Source: Cetorhinus maximus
Lineage: Eukaryota
Reading direction: 5' to 3'
Length of the DNA stretch: 64,000 nt
Assembly (NCBI RefSeq): GCF_964194155.1
Contig: NC_135897.1
Location: forward strand, 63,550,001 to 63,614,000
The notes beneath the pieces were generated by a model. The model ran no database searches. It worked only from the letters and a program-made list of their open reading frames with translations, and was not told where the DNA came from. The position numbers were made by a program, and so were the translations under genes. This document shows, piece after piece, positions 35,665-49,804 of this stretch. Numbering within the stretch: the stretch's first letter is position 1; every line of letters begins with the position of its first letter.

Positions 35665-38330
35665 GATTAGAACAGCAGCAATTTATATTTATATATCACA
35701 TTTAATATAATGAAATGTCCCAAGGTGCTACACAGGAGTGTTCTAAAACTAAGTATGACGCTGAGCCTCATAAGGAGATATTAGGCCAGAAAGACTTGGT
35801 CAAAGCGGAAGGTTTTACAGAGTGTCTTAAAGCAGAAAGCGAAGTAGAGTAGTGGAGAGGCGTAGGGAGGGTATTCCAGAGCTTGGGATCTCGTCATTTA
35901 TTGTCCCTTGATTCAAAGGTGATGTCTGCTCAGGGTCGTGGGTTTCTGCCATGGGTCTTAAGATAACTGAATAGACTGATTTTCGACCCACAGTTCTTTG
36001 GGTACATGGGGCAGAATGTCCAACGAGGTAGTGGGATCCGGAGTGCAAGATTTGCATCCTTTTCTTTCCATTTCTGTCATTGTTCTGCTTCATCATTAAG
36101 ATGTTGTGACTCAAAACATGATGCAGCTTGATGGACATGTTGCTGCCATTTTGAATGATTGGCCACTCTTGAAATTATCCATGAATGTTCTAACACTCAG
36201 AGTTGCAAAATTTAAAGTTTTCCTCCTTTGACCACAGATAGTGATCCCACAGGGTGTGGTTCCCCAGACAAAAGAAAGTGGAACAGCCTATTTTTAGGGC
36301 ACCTTTCCAACCCCATTCCCACTTGAGGTAAGCAGAGAGTATCCAGAAGAGGACTGCTCAGTCACAGATGCTGCTGCCCAAAGACACCTTTGTCCCAACG
36401 CAGGTATCTAGTGATTTTCATGCTTCTATCACCTTTGTGCAGAATCTTGATTAGTGACTTGCAGATTCACAGCCCTGTTCTGGTTGTCAATTCTCCAACG
36501 CCACAGGATGAGCCCTGCATATGACTTTGTTTAACGTGGGGATCTTGGGGTGCCGTCATTGTACACATGACCTTGAAAGGTTGGTGGTCAGATTTAGGTG
36601 GCGTTTTGAACCAGCCGGTGAAATGCACAGTCTTTGTTCTGCTGATGAGGACTTTTTGGACCGAAGTTTGTCTGACAACTCTCCCTGACCTTGCTGCCAT
36701 GGGTGCCCTACCAGGAGCAAGGAGGTCCTGATGGCATTTCTCAAGGGATCATTGAAGCACACAGCCCGCTCCAACAAGGCAAGGTAGAGATCCACAGAGG
36801 GTGCCATGGCTTGGGACCTAGACAACTGAAGGCACGTTCACCAGTGATGGAGCAATTAAAACTGGGGATACCAAGAGGCCAGAATTGGAGGAGTGCAGAT
36901 ATCTCAGAGGGTTGTGGGGCTGGAGGTGACTACAAAGATGGGGAAGGGCAAGGCCATGGAGGGATTTGAAAACAAAGATGACAGTTTTGAAATCAAGACA
37001 TTGCTTGACTGTGGGAGCCAATGTCGGGTCAGTGAGCACAAGAATAGCAGTGGAAAAGGGACTTGCTGTGAGTTAAGACACCGGCAGCAGAGTTTTGGAT
37101 GACCTCAAGTTTATGGAGGGTAGAGTGTGGGAGCCCAGCCAGGAGTGCGTTGGAATAGATGAGTCTAGAGGTAACAAAGGCATGAATGAGATTTTCAGTA
37201 GTAGACGAGCTGAGACAGATGGAGTTGGGTGATGTTATGGAGGTGGAAATATTTGATCTTGGTGATGGCACAAATGAGGTCAGAAGCTCATCTTGGGATC
37301 AAATGTCACACCAAGGTTGTGAACATACTGACTCAGACTGTTGCCAGGGAGAGCAATTGAGTTGGTAGCTAGGGAGCAGAGTTTGGAGCAGTGACTGAAA
37401 ACAATGGCTTCAATCTTCCCAATTTTTCATTGGAAGAAATTTCTGCTTATCCTGTACTGAATGCCAGATAAGCAGTCTGATAATTTAACAACAGTGGCGA
37501 GGCCAAGACAGGTCGTTGTGAGATAGAGTTGGGTGTCAACAGCTTACATATTACAATTGACATTGTGCCTTTGGATTATGGTGCCGAGGGGCAGCATGTA
37601 GATGAGAAATAGGAGGGGGCCAAGGATAGATCCTTGGGCGAGACACCAGAGTTAACTGCGTGGGAGCAGGGAAAAAACCCATTGCAGATGATACTCTGAC
37701 TATGATAAGCTTGATAAGAATGGAACCAGATGAGAGCAATCAAACCCAACTGGACGACAGTGCAGTGGTGTTTGGGGAGGGTGGCGCGGTAAACCGTGTC
37801 AGAGGCTGCAGACAAGTCAAGAAGGATGAGGGGGGAAAGTTTACCTTTACCTCAATAACATAGATTTAATTTGTGACTTTGATAGCTGTTTTGGTACAGT
37901 GGCAGGGACGGAAACCTAATGGGAGGGATTCAAACATGGAGTACTGGGGAAAATGGGAACAAATTTGGGAGGCAACAACATCTTCTAGGACTTTGTAGAG
38001 GGAAAAGAAACTTTTAGGTGGGATGGTAGTTTGCAAGGACAGTCAAGCATTGTGTTTTAGAGAAGAGGTGTGATTGAAGGCAGATTTAAAGAGAGAGGGA
38101 CAATACCTGAAGAGAGAAAACTCTTCACAATATTGCTTAACATGGGGGTCAGGAGGGGAAGTTGGTGATCAGTTTAGTGGGAATAGGATCGAGGGATCAG
38201 GATGTGAGTCTCATGGACAGGATCAGCTCCGAGAGGGCGAGGAGAGCCAGGAGAGAAAGCAGAGAAATATGCAAGTTCAGCATTAGGGTGGGGGAAGGAG
38301 CATTAAGGAAGTTTGGCCTAGTGACGGGGG
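35665..38330 (-). mobile_element. L2 LINE (ORF2 3' half) interrupted by an RTE-derived insert
   Basis: ORF fragments LIHAFVTSRLIYSNALLAGLP...LEVIQNSAA, FKSLHGLALPHL and LSAASDTV. 3' tail at about 35665. Confidence 0.85.
35889..36808 (-). mobile_element. Internally deleted RTE-type retroposon (5' UTR plus 3' end)
   Basis: 8-bp TSD GCTTGGGA (35881-35888, 36809-36816). The minus-strand 5' end ctaccttgccttgttggagcgggctgtgtgcttcaatgatccc...ctcctggtagggcacccatggc resembles RTE/Expander 5' UTRs. Confidence 0.6.
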
Positions 38331-40309
38331 AAATGGGGATACAGATGGATAAAAGATGCTGCTAAATGTGTTTCTTTATGTCATTAGGGATAAGGTGACA
38401 ATTTAGCTGAAATATGTTCACTTTTAAGGATTTATAGTAGTCTGTGGTTTGTCTTGAATTGTTCAGACAAAGCAGGGTTATATGAAAAATGCTATGCGAG
38501 TACTTTGAATTTTAATTGTCACAGTAGTCTTGTAGAGCTAACAGTTGGAATCCAAACAAGAGTTCAAAGTTACCGCCTGCTCCTTTAACGGAATTAACAG
38601 CTGTGCAACTTCAGATTTGGTCAGGTTTTCTCAGAATAATGGAAAAGATATTACTGGCCTTAGTAAAATTCAAAAACTGCATTTGTGATCATCTTTGCTG
38701 CTTTTAGTTAAAACCGCACTGAAGACTTCTAAAAATTGAATCCAATCCATTCCTTGAGCATATTTGAAGTAATGGAGATGCAAACTTGCAGAACGACAGT
38801 ACTGCACTTGTAGTAGAGGCTGATATTTTGGAAAGGTCTTGCTACATCAAAGTTGTGTGTGACCTCTGTACTTGATGAGGGAATTATAAAAACGAATATA
38901 CTTATCTTTTTGAAAGTTGAATAAACATCAAAATTTGTGTTCTAGTTTGTCAATATTCTACATACCTCAACTGATTGCAACTAATTTTTTTTAAAAATGT
39001 GATTGTGTCAAAAGCTTTCTGCATCTAATTCTTGATTTTGCTTTATGAAAAGTTTAATGTATTAGAATTTGGTATTTTTCTATCCTGCTATTCCATAACA
39101 TTTCAGCATCCTTTATGATTTTTTCTTATTAAAATAGCCTGCAGTGCATCTTTCTTTTTTTGTGAAGGGCGTTCATTTTATTAATAACTGCTCCATTGCC
39201 TGTGTTGGAGATGAGCAGAAGACTTTTGTTGTAGGATTGTCTGAACACTGGGTTGACACCTCAAGTTAAGTACAATACCAGAATGTTCCAAAGTGTTTCA
39301 CAGCCAGTGAACTAGTCTTGAAGTGTACTTACTGTTGTATCCTCTTGGCATTATCTGCTTCTTTTTAATGATGGACATGCTCAAGATTTTGCTCTATTCA
39401 CTTGGATCAATGAAGTTTGAAAGAAATGCTTCAGCGTATTAAAGTGAAAATGATAGGTTTTCAGATAATTGCTGTTGAGATTCATGTTTCCTGTCAAGTT
39501 TCATATAAATGCATTTTAACCTACAATTATCATAGAATATTTCAGCAGTATTCCATTTATCTAGAATGTCAACTCTTGTTTAGATCAAAATGGCTGAGCC
39601 TACTTTAATCAAAATTTAAGTTTTTTCCTGGCAATTCAGACAGTTTTCTTTTTATCTAATGCTGTGTATGTTCAACTTTTAATCTTTTGAGTGGGTGGAA
39701 GTATTGACTTTTTTCAAAATGTGAGCATTTGTTAGCAAAGACATGGTTTTTAAGAATAGCTAGTTGGTCTTTTTATTTACCTTCTACAAATTTTCTCCCC
39801 CCTCCCCTGTTCCTGTCTCAAAGCCAATGATCTGGAATTCACCAAACAGCATTAGTTAGTCCATGGTGCTGTTTGGTCTCCTGTGATGAATTTTTCAAAA
39901 TTTGATGGAAGAAAAATTAAAATTCTCCATAATGAGAACGGCAGCAGATTGGGAATCACTGGATATTTAAGAATTTATTTTGCTGCTTGTTTTCTGTGGG
40001 ACTTTCAATCTATTCTGTTTATTTATAGCTGGCCACAAGACACTAAAATATATGAATGGAAATAAATACTGGCATAAGAAAAAGGATTATTAGAAAAATA
40101 GCAGTTCATTAACTCTCCAAATATAAATCAAGACTGACTATGAGCTGTTGAGTGTAGAATGGGTGCTGTAGTGTATCCCTGATTAACATTAGAATGATTT
40201 CAAGAAACAGAGCAGAAAACAGTTGTCCCAAGAGACAATTTCACAGTGTATCAAGGATTACCCTATAAATGGAAAAAAACTAGCATTCAGCAATGTGAGA
40301 TATAAGTAA

Positions 40310-40666
40310 AGTTATGAAGGGCATGGACAGGGTGGATAGGGAGCAGCTGTTCCCCTTAGTTGAAGGGTCAGTCACAAGGGGACATTAGTTCAAGGTGAGG
40401 GGCAGGAGGTTTAGGGGGGATGTGAGAAAAACCTTTTTACCCAGAGGGTGGTGACTGTCTGGAATGCGCTGCCTGGGAGGGTGGTGGAGGCGGGTTGCCT
40501 CACATCCTTTTAAAAGGCGCCTGGATGAACACTTAGCACGTCAAAACATTCAAGGCTATGGGCCAAGTGCTGGTAAATGGGATTAGGTAGGTAGGTCAGG
40601 TGTTTCTCACGTGTCGGTGCAGACTCGATGGGCCGAAGGGCCTCTTCTACACTGTGTGATTCTGTG
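40310..40666 (+). mobile_element. Young CR1 LINE 3' end
   Basis: Nearly identical to 15665-16030, including the tail gggattaggtaggtaggtcaggtgtttctcacgtgtc. Confidence 0.9.
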
Positions 40667-40769
40667 AAGATATTCACATTTGCATTACAGTCAATTACAA
40701 GGGGTGGGTTCTTGGATTGATTTGATCAGGTAAATGTAGAATGCAGGCACTATAGATTCATCGATTTTC

Positions 40770-41405
40770 ATCTTATAGAAGGAGACCATTTAGTGCACGG
40801 TGCCTGTACTGGCTCTTTTGAAGAAACTATCCAACTAGTCCCAATTCATTGCTTTTTTACCCCATTGCCCCTGCATTTTTTTTCTATTCGAGTGCTTGTC
40901 CAGTTTCCCTTTTGAAAGTTACTACAGTACGAAATCCACTTCCACCTCCCTTTCAGGCAGTGAATTCTTGACCATAATTTGGTGTGAATATAAATTCTGT
41001 TCATCTCTCCTGGTTGTTTTGCCAATTATGCTAAATGTATCCCTGTTACTGACCCACCCACCAATGGCAACAGTTCTCTATCTATTATCAAAACACCTCA
41101 TAATTTTGAACACCTCTGTTAATTTTCTCCTTGGAGCAGGAGAAGAGAAACTTTGTCAACTTCTTTAGCTTCTCCACATACTCAACCCTCGTATAATTCT
41201 GGTAAATCTTCTCTGCATTCCCTCCAAAGCCTTGATGGCCTTCCTAAAGTGCGGTGCCCATAATTAGATGCAATACCCTCGCTGGGATATGACCAGTTAT
41301 TTATAAAGGTTTAATGTAACTTCCTTGCATTTGTACTGTGTCTCTATTTATAAAGCATTTCCCAAATGCTCTTTTAATAGCTTTATACACTTGTCCTGAC
41401 ACCAA
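40770..41405 (-). mobile_element. Degraded CR1 LINE 3' fragment
   Basis: Reverse-strand remnants of WAPHFRK and QRRFTRI motifs plus a CR1 3' UTR. Confidence 0.65.
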
Positions 41406-44400
41406 CAAGGGTACAGTAGCACAGCAGTTCTAATACCTGGAGAGGCCTGGACTAATGATCTGGAGATATGAATTCAAACCAGCACCATAGCACCTGAGGA
41501 ATTTAAGTTAAATTAATTAAATAAAATCTGAAATAACATCAGTAATGATGACTATGAAACTACTTTTTGTTTTTAAAAAAAAATCTGGTGCACTAATGTC
41601 TTTTAGGGAACACATTCTGTCATTTTACCTGGTTTGACCTGCATGTGATTCCATAACCACATGTGAATGACTCTTAATTGACCTTACCAGTGACATCCAG
41701 ATACAGTGAATGAATTTTTCAGAAATGTATATGTGAACCCCCAGGACTCTGTTCCTGCACCTCCTTTAAAATTGTACCATTTAGTATATATCGCCTCTTT
41801 CCATTTTTCCTCCCAAATAGCAACTATTATATGTCCAAAAGCGATTTTGTCTCTGTCTTGTATACTTTGCTCATCAATGCCATCTTGCAAAAATCTAAGT
41901 GGCAGTGGTGGAATCAGTTTGTTAAATTCAGCAAATTCAGTCTCTCCATTTATTTTAATTAGCCAGAGTTATAATTCACTGTTCGGCTGTATTGTTGAAG
42001 GGAATGGCTGGGTGGCACCAAAAGTCTCAGGAAATTATGAAGTCGTATCAGTAACTATTGAAGTTACCCCATTATTTCCTGGGAATTCTGGACTGTAAAT
42101 TGGGCCCTGCAGTGTTAGTGTGCCTTTACAATGGCAAAGATCTCCTGGAAATTACGAACCTTTGACCTGTCGCAGGCACTGGTCACCTTCCAGTATTCTA
42201 GTCAGAAAAAGGGAGGGTTTTAGGGTTGAAAGAAGTTAGTTACTAAATAGATTGATCTGCTGACACTAGTATGTGGTGCTTGCTGTAAAGCTGCTTTCTC
42301 ATTTACTGCTAAGAGCAAGTTTGGACTATTAATAACTAGGTAAATGCGATACCATTTGAGTGAAGAGTATGCAGCCAAAACACAAGCATATTTCCTTGAG
42401 AGAAAAAAAAGTGTTTCACTGAGAAATTTTTTAATAAGATGTATACGAAGTTATAATCATGCGACTAACGTTTCACATCTAGTTCTGGTACATGTAAGCT
42501 GCCCATCTGTATTAGGTCTGCATACTGCAAAGATTACTGAATTAACTTTTCTCTGACTAAGTTTAAGAAATGATTTAACAATATTTGTGATAAAATATTG
42601 GAACCCGAGTTGAAATAATATATCCAAAAAATTGTCAGGATCTTTGCTTTTGAGGTGCTAACTTCCACTTTGGCCTATTTGTGGTTTTCTGCTAATTTCT
42701 GTTTTATTTTAAGTCCACACTTAAATTTGGAATCCAAATATAGATAGAAATATTTTAATTAAAACAAGATGTAATTGTTTAGAATGGTAAATATAGTTGT
42801 TCTGAAATCTGCCTCCAGAAATTGTCTAAATTGTGTATTCCTAATTAGCACCACATGAATCATATTGCCTTCAGGGTACATCCTCTGCGAGTGCCAAATT
42901 TGTATTTGTTAGTAGGAATAGGTGACTTTTACTGGAATCCTTTCCCCTCCATGTTCTTTGTGTTGTGTGTGTTCCCTGACTGCCTTTATCCCCTATGCTT
43001 CTATATGGACATGCATACATGGTATCTGATACACAGGAATTAAATTTGACATGGCTTTCCTCAGTCCGTTTGCAATATTATTACGAAACCCAGATTATGT
43101 ACAATTGGCTTCTGTATGGAAAAAGGTATCAAATGACAACTCGTTAATTAAAAAAAAAAGCCAATGACTTTTCAGTTTCGCACAATACTTTGTCTATTAT
43201 GCTGTTGCTAGTTACTGAAAATACCACATTGATAAGCTTTTCCACACACTTCTACACTATGCAGATTACAAAAATGGATAATCATACTTAAGGTTGTATT
43301 CTAGTAAGAATTTATCCCTGTGTGACAAGGACACATTCACAATATCACGTTCTAGATTCCTTGTTTTAAATGTCCTGCTGTCTTTATACACTCCTCACAA
43401 ATACAGAACAAATGTTCAGTTGACCACGTCTTTGAATTTTATCAGTTTTTTATTGTATCTTACCTTAAAATTAATTGATAAATGCACAGATTGTGTGTTT
43501 TGGGAAAACCAGTAATCTGTTTTGTCTCTATGATGTTGGGTTTTTATATACCTATTTACAGTTTGGACTAAGATCCAAAACTACAAAGACTTTTTTTTGT
43601 TGTTGCAAGAAATGGTTGGAAAATGAAGCTGAGCTGGCTTTTTCTTTATAACCTTGTACAATGATTTCACCAGGCCACTAACAATTTAAATTCTCTTCCA
43701 GTAGCAGTCTACTGATTTTCTCTTTATTCTTTCACGGGATGTGAGCGTCGCTGGCTAGGCCAGCATTTATTGTCCGTCCCAGATTGCCCTTGAGAAGGTG
43801 GTGGTGAGCCGCCACCTCGAACCGCCGCAGTACTCGTGGTGTAGGTACACCCACAGTGCTGTTAGGAAGAGAAATCTGTGAAATGCATTGCATGCTAATG
43901 AAAAAGAGGACATGCTTGTAACATTGACTTGTGTAAAGGACAAAGGAAATCCTTTCTGTGTTGGGGTACACAATTGGAACGTATGACCTTTTTCTTAAAA
44001 AGATTTGCATTTATATGGTACCTTTCATGACTTGGCCCCAAAGTGCTCCACAGCTAATGAAGCACTTTGGAAGTGGTAGTTACTATTATAATTGAGGAAA
44101 TGCAACAGTCAATCTGCACATGTAATCATTTTTACAGATTTGGACCAGTGGCAACTGGAACTGTCAAACTAATGGCAAACTGTATAAGCTTCAGCTTAAT
44201 TTTTACAGGGCACCAGTTACATTTCTCTCTCTCTCAATCCCCTTTACCACTTTACCTGAAGTCTGCCCGCTGGGTTACAGGTGCATGGCTTGCTATCAGG
44301 CTGCTGTCAATGTTGTCATGTGACTGGCTACCAGAGTCTGTCTCTAAATTACTCTTCCCTTCACTTTCCACTTTGATTTATGACATAACCATAACTCGAA

Positions 44401-45321
44401 GTTAAAAGACTCGGTTTGAAAGGCAGCAGTATAATTTTGTATTAGTATAATTTTCTTGCTGTTTTTAAGTTTTTATTTGGTCTGAGTTTTCACTCATTGA
44501 TCCTTTAAGCAGACTGGAACTGACTGATCTGATTTTAGTACTACAATATACCCTGAAAATTACATGAAAGGTGAATGAATGAAGGAAAGATGGTTACTTT
44601 TGTTTTTACCTTCCAAAGTGTGTTAGTTTTTTCCTCCACATTTCTCACTCAAATTTTCCTTTCCAACTGTTTTAAATAGATTAAATGTTTAGCCATTATG
44701 AGTAAATTTTAAGAAAGTTATCTCTCTTAGTCTACACTGCAGGCTAGTCTATCCCCATTTGTAAAGAATTGAGAAACCATCTGTAGGCTGGGTTTTAATG
44801 TAGTGAGAGACACTGGAATGGTGCAAGGTTATCATGACTTCAAAACATGAAACTCCTGAGGGAAGTTCTTGATTGTGACATTTTTCCACTAGAATGATGG
44901 ACCCATGCTAAAGTTATTTAGAAGGCAAATTACATTTGAAACCATTCTGAAGCTAATCATCGTGGTTAATGCTAAATCTGTTATCACCGGAAAAACATAT
45001 GGTGGGATTATCAAGGTTTTTCTTAAAATAAAAGGAATTGATATGAATGTAGAAATATTTTGAGTATACCTACATTGAGGGTAATGAGAGCATAAGCAAT
45101 AGCCACATGGAACATTTTGGCTCGGATTTTGTAGTCAGGGGCTAGTACTTTTTATTCGCCATTCATTACATTCACACTTGTCCACAGACTATCTATGGGT
45201 TTTTGTACTGGGATTTGCTGTTATTAAAACTCAATAACAGTGTGGTGCCCTCTATAGGGATCTGAGACTTGTGAAAAGAGCAAGCAACAGTGTGTCTCCT
45301 TAATCAGAACAAAGAATGCTT

Positions 45322-45993
45322 ACTGAGACACACAGTCTAAATGAGGAAGTATAAATTAGAATAGTTAATTCAATGGAAATGAAGTATAGAAAGCAAAATA
45401 GAAATGGAAAGAAAGATGGGATTAGGAGAGAGAAAAGTAAGAGTCCGAAAGAAAAAGGCCCAAATTTTGCTGTTGCAATGACTGCAAATCTGTCGGCGTT
45501 TGCTTTGACAGCAACTTCTGAAGTCCACACATGCGCGATGTGCTGTTGAAGTCTCCCCAGACTGCAATCAAATAGAAGGGACTGAACTGACGAGAACTTG
45601 TCTCCTACGGAATTAATTTTGCTGTAAAAGCACTGGGAAACAGTTACACTCGTTGAATGAGGTGTGACTAGGTTTTTAACAGCATACTAAGTTTTAGAAT
45701 TACTGCTGAGCAGCCTCACAGGCCCTGAGAAACTGATTTTATATTTGTGGAATTTCATTTTAAAATCCTTTTTAAAAGTTAGTTTGATACTTCAACTTCT
45801 TCCTTAACCTCAAGTATGTCTGAATCATTTATTTAGCTCTATGTGAAATTTAATTAGAAGTGAAACCTGGGCCTTTTTCTTTCTGACTCTTACTTTTCTC
45901 TCTCCTAATCCCATCTTTCTTTCCATTTCTGTTTCGCTTTCTATACATCGTTTCCATTGAATTAACTTCCTCATTTAGACTGTGTGTCTCAGT
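45322..45993. repeat. Local inverted duplication (arms 45322-45462 and 45868-45993)
   Basis: actgagacacacagtctaaatgaggaagt...gaaagaaaaaggccca is the reverse complement of tgggcctttttctttc...acttcctcatttagactgtgtgtctcagt. Few mismatches, one 15-bp indel, 405-bp spacer. Confidence 0.9.
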
Positions 45994-48900
45994 GCACCTT
46001 GCTTCCTGGTTTGCTATGAAAATACTTGTGTCATTGGCTGATTATCCTGCGATGATATTACTATTGCTGGATGACTAAAGATCCCATTTAACTTGATCAG
46101 ATTCAAACTGATACGGGGAAAGGAGAAATCCAAGCCAGAGAAAGCAGTAGATCTTTGTGGGCATCTATCTTTGAGGTCAGCAGCAAGCACCATTGCTTCA
46201 CTGCTGATTGATCTAGATTTTGCAATGTTTAAAAAAATTTTTTAAATTGTTTTCGAAATCTCCCGATGATAATTCAAATCTGCAGGAATGTGTCTCCATG
46301 TTTGTAAAAGTAAATTTTCAGTGCTAGTAATTAAGACTTAACACATTGTTTAAAAAATCACTTACACTTGAATGGACAAACTCTAACCTTTTCTGGTGTG
46401 TTTATTGGGTATCTATCATACACGTACCCCAACTTCACACTGCATCTGTTTGAATGTTGAGAATCTCAGTGAGGCACCAGTTCAGCACAGCTTCTGGAAG
46501 GACAGTGCATCTTGAACAGCAAATGTGATTCCTGTGTTTAAATGCATATGTATCTGCGCTGGAAGTTCTGGTCTGATTTGCACCTTAATTTCAGTGAGCA
46601 TTGATTTATTTATTTATTTAATTTATTTATCTACAGTTTATTTATTTGCTTCTACCACAAAATTCAGTGCCTGGAATAGACTGCTACTTAGTATATTAGA
46701 TACTAGTTCAGCTTGAGCATTTCAGAAGGAATGTAGATGTAATTTAAGAGAGTGGAGTGGCAGTAATTAATGTATCGGATTCTGACATAGGACAAATTTT
46801 CTGCCCTGGATACGAACTACCCATGCCTACAATTGTGGTACAGTTTTTTTTAAGTTTCTCCTTTCTTACACTGTTTGCTTTTGTGGCCAGGTTTAACAAA
46901 GTTGTTGTTGTTCTACACTTTATTGCAGTTGGACTATAAGGGGTTCTTGATGATTGAAAGGCAATAGGTCAGGAAAATTGGCTCAAGTGTCTCTATGCAT
47001 ATACTTGCTGTTGGCAAAACCACAGGTAGGAGACCTTGCATGCCAAGAGATATAGAGACATGTGGGTATTTGGTAAAGTCAGAAGTTGCAGCATAATGGC
47101 TTTTGTATATGAGCTGATTCATAGGAAAAGGAGATTGAAATCTGAGAACTGATCCTTTTTTTAGTTTGTGTGAAAGTTAAGTGCTTGTATACACTAGGAG
47201 TAAATGATCAACACTTAAATAATAAGGAGTAGTGACTTCCATTCTGCACCAGAGCATGATTTAGCAAGTTAAATGTGATGGTCAGGGCATTTAACTATAT
47301 AGCTGAAGACTGAGATCTTCGAATGGTGATGGAATAGATCCAACCTCGAAAAAGATTATGAAAGAAGCAACGCCTGAGATGCTACAACTGCGAACAAAGG
47401 CTTGAATGGAAGAATGATTGCATGTGCACTGCTATGAGAGCTGGCAGAGGTAGGAATCAATAGTGAGGTCCTATGGTATATATAGTCAATCTTACAACTG
47501 ATTGATCTCTGCAATGCATGTTGAATTTGAAGAAAAGATGGCTGCAAAATATGTATGTTTTAATGTAATTATGTATTTATACCTGTTTGTTTATATTGTT
47601 AAAACAAAGTTTCAGGTCATTGAATCCTTGTTTTGTTCAGAGATATTATTTATGAATTGCAGGTGCCAACTCAGAAATGCATAGTATTTAGTATTTTGAA
47701 GTTTTTTTTATGTCCGAGTGCAGACGTGGCTTTTTAATATTTTAGTGGGACTTCTGTTAGTCAAAGGAAATGCTATTTTATTTCATGTAGCATGCCATTG
47801 TATCAAGACACTGAATAATTCAAGTTACATTTTTATTAAGTGCCCAGGGAGTGTCAGCATTTTTGTCTGGTCCAAATTAAGTGTTTATGTTTATATTTTG
47901 AGGAAAATATGCATCGGTGATCTTGATTATTTTTGTTTATGCATTCAATTCATCTTTGTTAAAGCTTTTTTAAAAAATTCAGGATATAGTGGAAGAAGGT
48001 AGAATAGAGGCTACTGTTGTGCGAAAGTGGTGTGGCATTGCTCAGGTGGGGGTTTACTCAGACCTACTCCTGGGATCTGGACAAGAGCAAACCAAAGGTT
48101 ATGCAGGAGAGAATGAGAGTTTGGGAGAACCTCTGAGAAGGATGCTGGGTTCTTGGAAGCATAGAAAGTAGGGCTCGATTATTTTTGGCAGTTTTTCTGG
48201 TGGACGTTGGAGTATAGGAGAATGGAAACTGTCAGCTTTGACCTGTCTATCCATTCTCCCATGACATTTTAACAATTTGGACTTGTAAGGATGGCTTCCC
48301 AACCCTGAGCTGGAAACTGGCTCTTGTTTAAAGCACTTGGTTTGCATATACTGTGTGCTGACCGCTTGTCAGCTCTCTGTGCTTCGAAAAGCCAAGGGAC
48401 TACTTCAAATAGAGAAGCTGTTGCTGACCACCTCAACCCTTGAAATGTCAAGTTTTTAACTGAGCACCAGCTTTAAGTTCTTTGAAATGGCTCCTGTGCT
48501 ATTTTATTAACTTTAACAAGTCCTTCAAAGAATCTAAAGCTGGTGTTCAACGTGCCCTTATTTAGGAGCTGGGTGGGGCTGGCAGAGCCGTTGGCTCTTG
48601 GGTTGTGTAAGGAGCACCCAGCAGAGTTCTGGCTGGGCAAGTCTTCAGCAACAGATGAATGAAGTTATTAAGAACAGGACCACCTGCAGCTAAAGGATGC
48701 AAGTCAAAAGCTAGGAGGACCAGAGCTGGAGTGAATTGTGGAAATAATGAGCCAAAATAGTTGTGTTAATTTAAAAAAAAATTGATTTGTGTGGCATTTA
48801 CAGGAAGTACATGTTACATGTAGGAGTTTTAATATATTGATAGTAGATCTCTTGTGATGTACCTCCTTGTCATAAAACTGCATAGCCTCTGACTAAGGGT

Positions 48901-49804
48901 GGGTTATCAGTAAAATGTGATTTAAGAAAGTATAGGAAGTTAAGTGTGACATTTCTGGGAAGCGTTTCATATACTCAACATTCTTAATATATTCTAAATG
49001 AGTCAAAAGGAAGTTTGGGCATTCTTACTAAAACTTGCATTAGGTCCTAGCAATTATGTAATACTTTAGACAAAAATAGCTACACCACTCTAGCCAAAGA
49101 TGTGACAGATTCCTTTGAGTATCATTACAATACCCATTAGATTTTTCTAGACTGGGGAATGCCCAGCTCCAGCAAATTCTGGGCCTATATTCTAATTGCC
49201 CACAAAGTATTAAATTTGCTGCTGAGATAAAGTTATCACAAATTCTGTTACAGAATTTTGTAGCTCTATCTAAGTTGGATGCAGGTCTCATGTGCAACAG
49301 TCTGCATCTTGTTCCATTCCTCTGTCTTGGTTATATGTTGCAAGCTTTTCTCTAATGTAGCTGGTTGATACCAGCCTATGTGTAGCCTACTATTCAGTTA
49401 ATTCATCTAAACATAGCTTTTTGAATATTAAAACTATGAAATGGTAGCTAGTGATGTCCTGTTAGAATGACTACCATTTATGCAGAATGTTTAATTTGAT
49501 TACGTGAGATTGTATAAAAGATAAAAATTTGCAGGGCATAATGTTCAGATGGGAAATTTGGAGACCCAGTACAATGATAGATGCATAGAAAAATTCAACA
49601 CCAATCAGCATAAAGTAACACAGGGATAGAACATCAACAGATGGCATAGGAGGAAAGAGTGAGAGTAATTAATTAATGGCAATTAAAGGTTGCTAAAGGA
49701 AGAGGAATGTTTGGGTCTATAGGTATGAAATGTGCACAAAGTGGCAGACAAATGTGGAGTATTTCTTAGCTTGTGCTGGGGGTAGGTGTTATTATTGTTC
49801 CAGC

